A DNA stretch of 62,000 bases from Diadema setosum (lineage: Eukaryota): assembly GCF_964275005.1 (NCBI RefSeq), contig NC_092705.1, positions 6,262,001-6,324,000 on the forward strand, written 5' to 3'. The translations under genes and the position numbers were made by a program. The notes under the pieces were generated by a model, which was given only the letters and a program-made list of their open reading frames with translations, did not search any database and was not told the origin of the DNA. This document shows, in pieces, positions 40,233 through 52,646 of this stretch (positions are counted from its first letter, which is position 1; each line of letters begins with the position of its first letter).

Positions 40233-40460
40233 CCCTGCTGGAAAGAACACAGTGTCAAAATCTATTTGACAGTGTCCCAAAGTGTGTTCACAATGTGTTC
40301 GCATAATAGACTGTGAAAGCGCCCGAATTCAACAGTGTGAAGATGATTTCACACTGTGGTGTGGGTTTTCACACCGTGTGGACATAGTAATGTTCTGCTT
40401 CACACTGGATTGATAATTCACAGTGTGTTCACAATGTTAATAAAGGTCGAATTTAACAAA
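40233..40460. mobile_element. Truncated copy of the 58361-58621 element
   Basis: CCCTGCTGGAAAGAACACAGTG start; shared AACAGTGTGAAGATGATTTCACACTGTGG. Confidence 0.7.
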
Positions 40461-40932
40461 GCGAACAGACGAACATCCGATAAATCACACGATGGCACAG
40501 AAATACCTTTCAGCAAAGTACGATGTACTTGGCATCATTTTGCAGGATCCTATCTGTTTCCTTTACACTGTTCTTTTTTTTTTCTCTCATTCTTTAGTAT
40601 TCACCCTTCTTTTCCCATTGTTATTATCATGGGGGGGGGGGGAGGGAGCGGGAATGGAGAAAACGTGCTAGTCATTCGTTGTGCACATGCTGTTCATTGC
40701 TTGTCGAAAGAATGGAATATAATGACGAGTATGTACAGGTTCTTTTTTTTTTTCTGTGAAATATTCCCATCACAAAAATAAAACAAAAGCGTTGAAAAAG
40801 AGCTTACAATATTAAGGAACACTGGACTACTAGTTGTAATAACCTAAGTTACATTTGGAAGATTAAGTCAGATCTATGTAGAAAGACGTGGCCATTTTTC
40901 TCACGTCTCAAACAGATCTGCCATCACCCACT

Positions 40933-41025
40933 CTCTAACCATGGAGGTACTACCTGGTACACTGTACAATGTACCTCTTTGCTTTAACCAGGGAGGTGGG
41001 AAGAGAGCCCACCTCCTGCTCTAAC
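40933..41025. mobile_element. Two stacked mini-palindromes sharing a 7-bp target
   Basis: CTCTAAC-[CATGGAGGTAC...GTACCTCTTTG]-CTTTAAC-[CAGGGAGGTGGGAAGAGAGCCCACCTCCTG]-CTCTAAC. Confidence 0.72.
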
Positions 41026-41563
41026 CACGCCATCTCCATTGGGATCGCCACAGTTGTATTAGTTGACGTCACTTCTGATTTTAAGATCTTCTAATCAATG
41101 AATCGAGCCTATATGACGTCATTTCGACCACGGTCACCCAGTATTGCTGCCTGTGGTATCGCGGTTTCCTACACAGATTGTGACTCGTTAGACATCTGTG
41201 ATACTCGCAAGCGTTTTTCACTTTCATTTTACTTCTTGTTTTTGGTGAAAATTTTACTTTTTGATTGAGTGATTTCTGTAGGAAGTCCGCTATCCTGTAA
41301 AGACATTGCAATGCTTAAGAAAGCGGTTGAAAGTCCGGCTTTGCCAAAGAAAGTTGAGGTTTTGATAGTCGTTTATGTCTATCGACGTGCAACAATACAG
41401 TCTCTGTAACATCCTTTGGTTAGTGTAGGCTATAGAGCCTGCAAAATAATGAATTGGGACCATTCATCTTTAAAAGAAAAAAAAAAGAAGCTATTTCTGA
41501 TTGTCATGATACTAGTGGTGCGTGTTTATGATAAACTATGTTGTCGCTAACTTTATTCTTGTT

Positions 41564-42009
41564 TTAAAGGAATGTACAGTTTCGGTTGAGATGGGACTTC
41601 AGATTTCCAATGTTCTTTATGTTTGTGTGTGTGTTTCGAGATTGAGAAACCTCTTATGAAATATGGAAGAGCATATAATTCTAAAAAGAATTCAAAGTTT
41701 ATTTGACGAAAATTGGTTTTGAAATGGCTGAAATATCCAAAACAAAGCGTTTCTAATAAAGGGTGGGATCCACTTTTTATTAGGATCGCTTTGTTTTACT
41801 CTGTTTTTTTTTTTGTATATCTCACCCATTTCAAAACCGATTTTCGTCAAACAAACTCGGAATTCCTTTTAGAATATATATGCTCTCGAACATTTCATAA
41901 AGTGTTTTTACAGCATGTCACAAAAAGTAAAACAAAAAACAAAAAAACGAATCCTCACCTCAACCGATTTGATAATATATAATTATATATTTATATATGA
42001 CATCCCTAA
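41564..42009. mobile_element. Kolobok-type MITE, family B
   Basis: TTAAAGGAATGTACAGTTTCGGTTGAGATGGG...ATCCTCACCTCAACCG; right end disrupted by an AT tract. Confidence 0.75.
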
Positions 42010-43089
42010 CAACAGATATCCCCTCATACCAGACGCAGTACCCCCTGCATAAATGTATTGGAGGCCAGTACATCTCAGACGCATCAGTTATACAATTATG
42101 ATAATAATGTTATCATAATTGTATATTATATATATTGTATATATTATATATTATTGTAATATTACACATTAGGTATATATAATATATATTTGCATAAGTG
42201 TGATTGTAGCAAACAGTGTGTCAGCTTGATACGGTTGGTTGAATTGAACTTATTTCCAGTGAAACAAATATTAATGATAATAAGGGTAACCAATGAAAGA
42301 CGTTCCTCATTTCAATCTATACATGCATACAGACAAGCGGAGAGTCTCTCCAACAGGCTTAACAATTCGCTAGCCACAATTACAGCGTTTATTTCTTTTC
42401 CTTATTTTTGCTTCTCCCACTTTTCTCATTTATTTGTTTGTTTGCTTTTGTATGTCCTCATTCCTTGTTCAATTTTTGTTTCAGAATTTTTTTAAAGACT
42501 TTTAACTACACAGTTAAGCTGTGCTTTGAACAATATTCGAACGCTTTGAATTGTTATTCATTTGTAAATATTGTTTTTACTTAACTGTACAAAATGTCGA
42601 GTAAAATTTACTTGAGAAATTTAAAAACTTTCTTATGTTATTTAATGCTAAATAGAAAAGTTTTGAATTTCATGTATACACGTGTAGGCCACACAATCTG
42701 GTTTAAGAGAGAATTGTTACTGTAAACCCACGATGACAGTTTCGGTCCATAATTGAAGCCTTTATCTTTCACACGTGACTATTGTGACATTCTAAATATT
42801 GTAAGTCGCCGCATCTTTATACTTTTGACCGTATACATGTTCTCGGTCAAGCGTTGTGTCGTCTGCTTTAATCCTTTACCCCCCCCCCCCCCCCCCAACT
42901 TTCAAGAGAACGTCTACGAATAAATTGATGAGTTGTTGTGATTTCTGTCAAACAGTTCTGCGAATGATTAATGACGCGCATCAGGTCCAGACGGCGGCGC
43001 CTGGTGCGTGGCGTTGCATATCTCGTGTCCGAGGATGCCCCCTGTTGCTGTCAGGGTCGATCACGTGAGCACATACGTCACTGAAGTGG

Positions 43090-43137
43090 GGATGTTGCAA
43101 AGAGGTTCTATATGTATAGAACCTCTTTGGGAGGTTG
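43090..43137. mobile_element. 32-bp mini-palindrome with 8-bp TSD (1 mismatch)
   Basis: GGATGTTG-[CAAAGAGGTTCTATATGTATAGAACCTCTTTG]-GGAGGTTG. Confidence 0.7.
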
Positions 43138-43600
43138 CAGTTTTGGTCGCTCTCCTCCTCCTATAGTATAGCCTAATCCGCACGCCGATGTATCTCTAGT
43201 TGTCATCTCGAAGAATGTTAATGAGATGGAAGATTTATCACTGCCGTGGAGATGTAAACTAAATATATATTTCTATGATCATTGTGGTGCGTTTAAATGC
43301 CCCGTCCATGTGTATGATGGACGTGTTTTTGCTTAGTAGACGTCCATGCATGTTGTAACATCTGGTGTTTTGCAGTGGGTTTTTTTTTTGACATTTTGTA
43401 GTATCAAATAGGTAAGCGCCATTTGGTGAAGCCGTCTCTCCCTCCCCCATTCTCTCTGAGGAAAAAAAAAAGTCCATCAACTTCACATTAGGATCATGTT
43501 TGTTTGCTTTTTTTTTTTACTACCAGGAAAACCACGTGAAATGTGACATGAAGATGTAAAGAGTCTGAAGCTTGATGTAGGCCTATAAGTCACGTTCTTG

Positions 43601-44000
43601 TTAAAGGGACTGTACAGTACTGGTTAAGATGGGGATTCATGTTTTGAACATTCCTAAGTGAGATAATGAAAAGCCTCTTATGAAATATGAAAGAGTATGT
43701 AATTTTAAGAAGGATTCAACGTTTATTTGATGAAAATTGGTTTTCAAATGGCTGAGATATCCAAAAAAAGTGCTAATAGTAAAAGGCGACATGCCACAAC
43801 TTTATTAGGATCTCTTTGTTTCACCTTGTTTTTGGATATCTCAGTCATTTCAAAACCGATTTTCATCAAATAAACTTTTGATACCCCTTAGAACTGCATG
43901 CTCTTTGACATCTCATAGAGTGGTTTCTGAATATCTCGCAAAACGTTAAATAACTTAAAAGCTAAATCCTCACCTCGACCAGAACTGACACACCCTTTAA
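43601..44000. mobile_element. Kolobok-type MITE, family B
   Basis: TTAA-AGGGACTGTACAGTACTGGTTAAGATGGGGATT ... AATCCTCACCTCGACCAGAACTGACACACCCT-TTAA. Confidence 0.85.
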
Positions 44001-44650
44001 TCTTGATTCTCTGCCCCCGAATCTAAGCAGTTGAGGAGAAAGGCACAACGTGACGGAGGCTCTGACCTTTCACCTTATTATACAGAGGGTGAAGTAGCAG
44101 ATTCCCGGCCGGCCCCTACTACATGTCTTTTCCATCCTTCAGTAATTTGCTTTAAAGGATGAAGTAAAACCAGACAAACAGAATGTATAGAAGTTTCATC
44201 AAAATCAGCCTTGACTCACAGAAGTCATGAAAGTTTAAGGTTTCGCATGTTTTTCATCAAAGTTAATATTGATCAGGTGAGGATGATTAGATGGCAACAA
44301 AAGCAGATTAGCTGAGGTGGTGATGTTACAAAGTAGCAACCCTCTCATTGGCTTGTGAACAGAAATATGTTATTTTTTTAAGTCATATTTTGCGTCGATG
44401 ATTTCACAACAAAAAAAAAAAAGAAAGAAAGAAAAAAGAAATGTATCTGCCGTTAGTTATTTCAGGCAGTGCGATGTTATGCTTTTTATCTTTTGCTGAC
44501 AGAAAAAAAAAATCTCAACCAAATTGAATGGCCTCCACTCAAAAAACCACGAGATCCAAGAAGATGATGCTACTGTCGATGAGAACCCATTAACTCATGT
44601 CTGGCTCCATTTCCATTCCGGTTCGCTAAGTAGGCATGGTAGGGCGGAGT

Positions 44651-45046
44651 TTAAATGGGATGGTGTAGTTTTGGTTCAGGTGGCGATTCAGGTTCTTAGT
44701 TTTTGCGAGATACATTGAAACCACTTATATGAAAATATCAAAGCGCAATGAATTCGAAGAGGAATCAAAAGTTTATTTGATAAACATCGGTTATCTCTTA
44801 GTGGCTAAGATATCCATAAACAAAGAGGTCCTAATAAAAGGTGGGACTCACCTTTCATTAGGACTACTTTGTATTACTTTGTTCTTGGAGATATCAGTCA
44901 TGTCAAAACCAATTTTAATCAAATAAACATTGAATTCTTCTTAGAATTGTGTGCTATTTAATATTTCACAAGTGGTTTCTAATATTATTTCTCAAAAAGT
45001 TAAAAGCCGAATCCCCATCCCAATCAAGACTATACCAATTCTTTAA
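44651..45046. mobile_element. Kolobok-type MITE, family B
   Basis: TTAAATGGGATGGTGTAGTTTTGGTT ... AATCAAGACTATACCAATTCTTTAA; internal match to other B copies. Confidence 0.8.
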
Positions 45047-46605
45047 TTCGGAACCCGTCTAATCATTCTAGGGAAAGAGCATAAACAGAGTCCAAGCATT
45101 CTCCTCCAACTCCGCCATGATGAGGAGACCGAGGGAAACCCATCTCGTGTTCATCCTCAGTCCTGACGCGTTTCAAGGGAAGTGCGACAGAGGTTCGGTA
45201 ATTGCGTTTGTGCAACGAATCAAAGACAGGTTCATAATACAAGTCATGTTACACTGAATCAGCAGTGTCCTACCTTCGTAAAAAGATTTCAAATTAAAGG
45301 ATACCGATGTAGTAGAACCCCCCCCCTCAAAAAAAAATAAAATAAAATAATAATAATAATAATAATAAATAGATAAACAAATAAAATAAAAAAGCCTTTT
45401 TTTGTTTGTTTTCTTGTCCATGTGATACCGTGGGGATGATTCTCATGAATGTCTGGAAACCAAACTGTTGACCGGATGAATCATGCATGATTTCTGCGAT
45501 CTTCTTTTGAATCACCTCCTTTTCCTTATCTCAAATTCATTTTGCTCACATGCAAAAAAGAAAACATCACCTTTACAAGACAAACAGAAGAGCAAAAATA
45601 TATACATACATAGCACGTGAAGGATCAGTAAAGGCCCCCATACCCTTCCCCACTTCTTCCATCCTTTCCTCATCTTCGAACAACCAACCACGTATTGTTC
45701 TACTTTCTCCTCCCCTTGGCTTTGTCCTCCTTTTCTCGACATTTCTCCGAGTTCTTCAATCGATACAAACATGTTGATAGATCGTCTCGTCGTTGAGCAC
45801 AATATTGTTTGGCCTATCAGTCTGACAGTCTAATTTTTCTTCTCTTCTCCCCCCCCCCCCGCCAGCCCCGCCTCCTCCCTCTGTGTGCTGGTTGTGTCTT
45901 TACCTGAGCCTCAGATTGCATTCTAGTTGATCATTAACCCACACATCCTGTCATTCAATCAGCAATCGCGAGCTGATCGTAGCTCGCAGTTTTTATGACC
46001 ACTTACCTGGGCACCCGCAACCCAACATCCATGCATGAGATTGCCTTCCTTTTCGTCTTGTCGCACATAATGCACATTCATTTAGAACGTCTGCCTTCGT
46101 TCTCATGCTTGCAGCGAAGGTTTCATTATGTGCTACTGCCTCAATCCGTTCTTTGGTGACCATGTTATTACATCCTCTCACCCGATTACCCCAAAATAAA
46201 TGGAGAGTATGTATAGCAAACTCGTGTACTAACGCTCAAATCACCATAGCTCTAATCAAGCAAATGAAACCCTGACATTTATGTGTAGTCCATTAGCTTT
46301 CACTGCAAAGGCGTATCGAACACTTTGTCATTGTGTTTGTATCACAGCTTTGCGTTGTTTGTCGGAGGGGGGGGGGGGGGAGGAAATTGAAGGTATATGG
46401 TTTATTACATAGTATGTGGCCCATTATCCGTCCTCTTGTGGTACGTTAATCAAAAAGTGCATCAATCAACTTCACAGTCGCGTAATCTGTAGTGTGTTGT
46501 TGGCTTTAACAACATACTGAATACGATCGCTTTACTGAAAGTATTATCCCATTTATCTCCGGCACCGTATGACAACGCTTGGAGCCCACCACATTGTAAA
46601 AGGGA

Positions 46606-46841
46606 ATGATAATGATGTCTTCTCTATCCAGTGTAGTCTCTTCAGTGTTGCCACTGCTCTACCAGAGGGCCCTGCCATTATCATTTCCCCAGCGTTGCCA
46701 TGTACTCATTTATACACCTGGGTCGAGAGGGACATGGTGGGGAAAGAAATCTTGTCCAAGGACGGAAGCACTGGCCGGGAGTCGAACTCGGGTCCTCCGA
46801 TTGAGAGTTCGGAGTCTTATCCACTATGCCACAGCGCCCCC
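46606..46841 (-). mobile_element. tRNA-derived SINE with conserved-type central domain
   Basis: Minus strand: A box TGGCATAGTGG, B box AGTTCGACTCC, then GTCCTTGGACAAG...CTCTCGACCCAGGTGTATAAATGAGTAC and an (ATC/ATT) tail. Confidence 0.85.
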
Positions 46842-47004
46842 ACTGATGATGATGGATGAATCACCACTGAATGATGGTGATAGAGCTGTAGAGAACTGAA
46901 GAGAAGGGAATCAGTGTTTGTTCATTTGTTTACATTTATTTTTCTTCCCAAGCCAAAGCAAAATAGAATTACATTATTCAAATTCGTGAAATTCTTCTAT
47001 CGAG

Positions 47005-47306
47005 TTTTATTGCAACTGATTCACAAATTGCCCTACATCGACGTTTGTTAATAGGGCAATTTGTTAATCAGTTGCAAAGACAACCACTCAACAGAAGAAC
47101 TTAGAACCAGCATTCGGGCCGAATCTCGGTGGTCTAGCGGTTAAGACGCTTGTACGGAGATCAGGAGGTCGTAGGGTTCGAATCCTGCTCGAGTATGTAT
47201 GCCATGAATTTCTTATTGTCATGGCTGCCACTAAAACACTTATCAACTCAGTGCTTATTTATAAAAGTGTCGATGAAGGGCAATTTTTCAATCAGTTGCC
47301 GTAGAA
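47005..47306 (+). mobile_element. tRNA-like sequence (47123-47195) enclosed by inverted and direct terminal repeats
   Basis: A box TGGTCTAGCGG 47130-47140; B box GGTTCGAATCC 47175-47185; 26-bp hairpin 47010-47077; a third repeat copy at 47269-47306. Confidence 0.6.
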
Positions 47307-48387
47307 TTACAGTGTTGTGAAGAATTGAAAAAAACAATAACTAAATCACCAAAAAACAAAACAAAACAAGAAAAGTAAAATACCATGCATTTGATAAACG
47401 TACTGGAGCACAATCATTAGATATTTTTTAAGGTTGTATAAAGAATAAAAAGCAGTAGGCCTATACTTTGATTCAACAAGGATGCAGGGGACAGTAAGCA
47501 TGACATGACTGCGCTGACGGCCTCATGCGAAATTGAACTCAGCTCTGACTTTCACAATGAATATAGATTTATGCAATAGGCCTACTAGTATAGTGTGTGG
47601 TAAGAAATCGCTTGCACGTGCAGCATGCTTTATCGCTGCTGGAGCGACAAGATCTTGTATCTCAAAAATGTCAAATCTTAATGTTCAGGAGAGCTTAAAA
47701 AACATGGCAGCCAAAGCACTGTAACAAATGGGATTGTCTTTCCTTTGACATGACATGGTAGCTTCATTTTTTGGGTAAGACAGCTGGGATTTGGAAAAGA
47801 CATCACCTTTACTGATTATCTGTCAATCAATACAAAAAAGTGATTTTCACCAAAATTTGAGATACAAGGTCTCGTTGCCCCAGAGACGTGGTGGGCCGTG
47901 TATAATGTATCACTATTCATCACTACAATGATACAAACAGGGATGAAACCAGAATCTAGACAGGGATGTAGAATGAACTATCTCTTTTTCTGCAAACACG
48001 TATTTACACAAACATATGCAAGCATTTACTTCTTGGAGCAGGTACGAATTGCACAAGCTTTACTCGCTGCCGACCCCCCCCCCCCAAAAAAAAAAAAGCA
48101 ACTGCCCAATACAAACACTTACGACCAAGACACGTCCATCGCTGCCTCAGGTTACGTGTGTGAAATCTTTATGGTCACGGGTGAATGATTACTTTCCTAA
48201 TCGAGGTGCAAATGAGAAGGGAAACGTGTTGCTATGGTGATATATTTGTAACGATCCATTTCACCTGTTTGCGGATATTCGGATGCGAAGAGTGGATCCT
48301 TGTCCGTACGAATGGGGTCATTCTCTATTTCTATTGATAAATTTGCGCGAGCGAACACTTGAGTCATCCGACGGAGCGCCTCACTCG

Positions 48388-48745
48388 TTAAAGGGATGGT
48401 GTGGTTTTGGCTGAAATGGGGCTTCAGGTTTCCAACCTTTTTTTTTTTTTTTTTGTGAGATGATGAAAAACCTCTAAAGAAAGATGAAAGAGTATACAAT
48501 TCTAAGAGGAATTCAAAGTTTATTTGATGAAAATTGGTTTTGAAATGGCTGTGGGATACTTTGTTTTTGATAGGGTAGCCTATCTTAGCCATTTCAAAAC
48601 CGATTGTCACATTGTCATCATAATTATAAACTTTGAATTTATCGTAGAATTGTATGCTCTTTCATATTTCATATAAGTGGTTTCTATCTCACAAAAAGTT
48701 TTAAACCTGAATCCCCACCTCAACCAAAACTATACCATACCTTAA
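48388..48745. mobile_element. Kolobok-type MITE, family B
   Basis: TTAAAGGGATGGTGTGGTTTTGGCTGAAATGGGG ... CCCCACCTCAACCAAAACTATACCATACCTTAA. Confidence 0.82.
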
Positions 48746-49329
48746 GGTGGCGAACGTATGGGCCTCTACCCTTGGCAAGATATCAGGAAGGTGGGAATCC
48801 CTTCTAGGGCATACATGGCGTGTGCCAGACAGCACGTCGCACAGCTGCAAGCTATCTCGTGTTATTTTCACCAGTGAATGTCATGATCGCGAGGAATTTT
48901 TGCAACCACAGTCAACTTCCCTTCCTGTGGTCTTCACCTTCTTATAAACTTTAGTAATAGTACTCTTAATCCGTTGCATATGAACATAGGGAATTCCCCG
49001 ACGAATAATACGTTACATCAGGTTCTCGCAGGCGGAGTGTTCATGTCTCTTCCAACAGCATTACAAAACACTTCTAAACGCGCTGTTTTTATTTTCCATT
49101 GCCTCCATAAGTTTACTTAACATCATAATTGTTTTCATTTCATTCGGCTGTTAGCTTTCAGTCAGACACCATATCACGTGGGTATGATAATATTTTACCG
49201 GATATTTTGATGACCATGGACAGCGAAAGTGTTTTGCACTGTATGTATAATCACCAGTCGTTAGATTGTCTAAACTCTGTGCAGCTTTTCACCCTTTCCT
49301 TATGCAAATGTCTTGTCTCTTTTTTTCAG

Positions 49330-49747
49330 TGGAAGGCGCCTGCTGTTGACCAGAGCCACACCGAAGTGTCTGGGACATGAGCACGCGGCTTTACTTATCC
49401 TGCGGTATTCCCGCCCGGTGCAAGGTCTGAACAATCACGACAGGAAATCATTGTGACCGATTTGCTTCTCCTACAAATTGACTCCTTTGGGGAAATCCTA
49501 TGACGTATCTTCCACTTCAAGTTCAATAACGTATCTGCCGTGATTGGATGCATCATCGGTGGTTCCGTCATTCCATTGGGTACTTAATGTCATGACACAT
49601 TTGACGTTACTAGCAGAACCAGGACGGTGATGATAACTACCATACTGCTTATTTTTGGTCAACATTACTATACGTATATGCAGATACGTTTGCAAAGCGA
49701 AGAGTGAACGTTCCGGTACCCAGAATCCCCCTACGACCATTGCAGCG
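49330..49747 (+). other. 5'UTR part of the first coding exon of the GPCR
   Basis: Strong acceptor TCTTGTCTCTTTTTTTCAG ending at 49329; contains several upstream ATGs. Confidence 0.55.
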
Positions 49748-50866
49748 ATGGCGACGGTTCCTACATTACTCCTCAATTTGACCACACCCAGTTTGGTATA
49801 TGCTGAAGAGGTTGGAGGAGGACCAACGACAGCTTTTGACATGAGTGTGACAACACCAAGTGACCTTGGAGATGGAGGAGGAGTAGGAAGTAAAGCCTTG
49901 TCAAAGGACGATATCTTTGCCATCGTCCTCTACTGCCTTTTCGGCTCGATTGGCATTGTGGGCAATCTCTTGGTGTGCGTCGTCTTTGGCCTCATGCGAT
50001 CAAGGCGAAGTCAGGTATCCATGACAACCGTATCTTTTGATAAAAGTTATATAATGTGATAATTTTTTTGGTTTGATAGAAAACTCGCTTGATGACTGTC
50101 ATCGCACAATTAAAGACAATCCGACACTTGTCATATTTAAAGTGTGTTTTTAACATGTTTGGGGATAGGGGAGGAAGGAGGGGGCAATTGAATGCCTTTC
50201 ATCTTCTGTGATCGATATGCTGGTAATTTCAGGTGACCTTCAATTTAATGATAAATGATGATTTTTCTATGTATTGGTCTCACCATGAGATAAAGGGATG
50301 GCATAGTTTTGGTACAAATGGGGCTTCAGGTTTGTATTCTGTTTTTGTAAGATAATGAGAAACCACTTATGAAATATGAAACGTGCAATGGAGTGTACAA
50401 TTCTAAGAGGAATTTCAAAGATGGTCCCCACTTTTTATTAGAACCACTTTGTTTTTGTATGTCTCAGCCATTTCGAAACTGATATTTATCAAATCAAGTT
50501 TGAATTCCTCTTCATAAGTGGTTTCTCATTATCCCACAAAAAAATAACACAAAATGAAATCTGAAGCCCTATCTCAACCAAAACTATACCATCCCTTTTA
50601 AGGGGATGACTAGTAACTGATCAGTGGGAATCAGTGGGAATGCTGAGGGATGATTGTTCCAATCCTTGCGGGATTCATTTAAGAGTACATCATATATCTA
50701 TTGTTGTGTGAAAATTATTTGCTTTAGAATGGTCTCATATTCAAATAATGTGCAGTTTAATGTTTCCCGATCGCCCCGTCACTGTACAGGCATGTTAACC
50801 TGGAAATCATCAATCATCCCCCAGCATTCCCACTGATTCCCACTGATCAGTTACTAGCCATCCCCT

Positions 50867-50901
<35 letters not shown>

Positions 50902-52646
50902 TGCATTTATATGGCGCTTCATACTGACGTTTCTAAGCGCACTTTGCTACTCATACAAATAGATTAGAAAACACAATAACATTAACAAAATCAGCGTTAA
51001 CAGTAACAAAAGAAGAAGAAAGAAAAGAAAAGAAAAATACATGTGATACAATGGTACAATAATTGATAACTGTGTGCGCCTCCAGGAGAAAAAAAAAAAA
51101 GATAAATGATAGAAATACGTAGAAGGAGACGAGGTGGTCGATATCACATTGATCATGTTTGACAAGATGTCGACTTGTTGGCTAATTGTACCAAATTAAT
51201 GATCGCTATACTAATATGATTGCTTTCTCGTTGTGTTTAGGTATTTCTAAGACCAGTAGTATACTTGATTTGCATACTGCACTTCGTCGAAATATTGAAA
51301 GTTACACAGGCAATGTAGAATTCAGAGAGTAGCTCCAAATCAACCACAACATTAATAGCGCAAGAATATCATCTGGGCGAAAAGAAATATTGATTCAATA
51401 GGTTGAAATTGGTCAGGTCAGAAATTGATTGGTCAGGCAGTCATATTGATTGGTCAAGTTGAAACATGATACGAAATCAGTGGCTCGTTTAGTTTCAGCA
51501 TCTGTCTCTTGAAAATACTTTTGTGTACAGTTGCGCGTGGGATGGAGGATATATCACATAATTGTTTCATCACTGTATTCTAGAGGAAAGTTTGTGCAAT
51601 CTGTTTCTGCTTCTCACTCCTCTTCATAGGTCAACCTCTTTATCTTTCACCAAGCGTTCGTCGATCTCTGCACGTCAATCCTCCTCATCACGTTTGGAAT
51701 CACAACGATCTACAGGGCGGAGATCACGGCGATGACGATCCGGACCAGGCTCGTTCCAGCATCCGGGAACTCCTCGTATCTAGGCAACGATACGAGCTTA
51801 ACAGGCGCCGATGGCGAGGTCATCCTCGTCAAGGAAACCTACGTACCCCGAACCCTTGCGGTATTCATGTGTCAGTTGTGGTGGCCGCGCGTCTTTCTCT
51901 TTTCCATGTTCGTCATTTCGACGTTCAATTTGACGACTATGGCAGTGGAACGTTACATGGCGATTATGCATCCCTTCTTTTACGCGACCAAGTTCCGCAG
52001 ACGGCACGCCATTGTCATCATCGTCTGCATTTGGCTCCTTGCGCCCATCATGCAGTACTTTCCCGCCATTTTCCAGTACGCGGCGGAGAAAGAGGCGGGA
52101 GAGTGTGGCTTCAAGGAAACGTGGACGAAGTCTGCGCAGGCGGCATTAGGGGTTTGCCTCATAGCGTACGAGTTCCTCATGCCCTGCACCGTCATGGGCT
52201 TCTCATCCATCATGATCTACCGAAAACTCCGAAAGCGGGAAATGTACCTGAACCAGGCGACCAACTTCTTGATGAAGAAGAAGAAAAACGACTCACCGCC
52301 GACTCCCGAGCGAAACCTGGAGATGGTGAAGGCCAACCGCAACACAACTATGGTTGTCATCGTAATTTTCATCGTCTACATCATCTGTTGGTCGCCCAAT
52401 CACTTCACATTCCTTGGTTTTAATCTTGGAATGAACCTCGATTTCAGTGGCGTGTGGTATCAGACAACAGTACTCCTAGCATTTATGAACTCATGTATCA
52501 ACCCTTTCATCTACGCCATACGACTCCGCGTGTTCCAGCGTGGCTTGGTGCACATGTTCCGGACGGGATGTAAACCGGTCGACTCTTCAAACTTTGACTC
52601 TACCGTTGGTGCCAAATTATATGACGTCACTTCTTCGGCCATATGA
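49748..52646 (+). CDS. Rhodopsin-like (class A) GPCR, peptide-receptor-like (galanin/allatostatin/somatostatin-receptor-like orphan), 427 aa, two coding exons
   Basis: Exon 49748-50014 (MATVPT...GIVGNLLVCVVF...RRSQ|GTATCC) plus exon 51630-52646 (TAG|VNLFIFHQAFVD...), phase 0. Motifs: TM1 GN, TM2 QAxxD, Cys at top of TM3, ERY, TM4 W, ECL2 Cys, TM5 FLMP, TM6 CWSP, TM7 NPFIY; N-glycosylation sequon NLT in the N-terminus. Confidence 0.93.
50290..50600. mobile_element. Kolobok-type MITE, family B, in GPCR intron
   Basis: ATAAAGGGATGGCATAGTTTTGG ... CCAAAACTATACCATCCCT. Confidence 0.8.
50601..50870. mobile_element. Kolobok-type MITE, family D, abutting the family-B copy
   Basis: ~55-bp TIR AGGGGATGACTAGTAACTGATCAGTGGGAATCAGTGGGAATGCTG ... 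CAGCATTCCCACTGATTCCCACTGATCAGTTACTAGCCATCCCCT-TTAA. Confidence 0.85.

Noticed and set aside
47123..47195. Functional tRNA gene
   Set aside because: Anticodon and acceptor stems do not pair properly; embedded in a repeat structure
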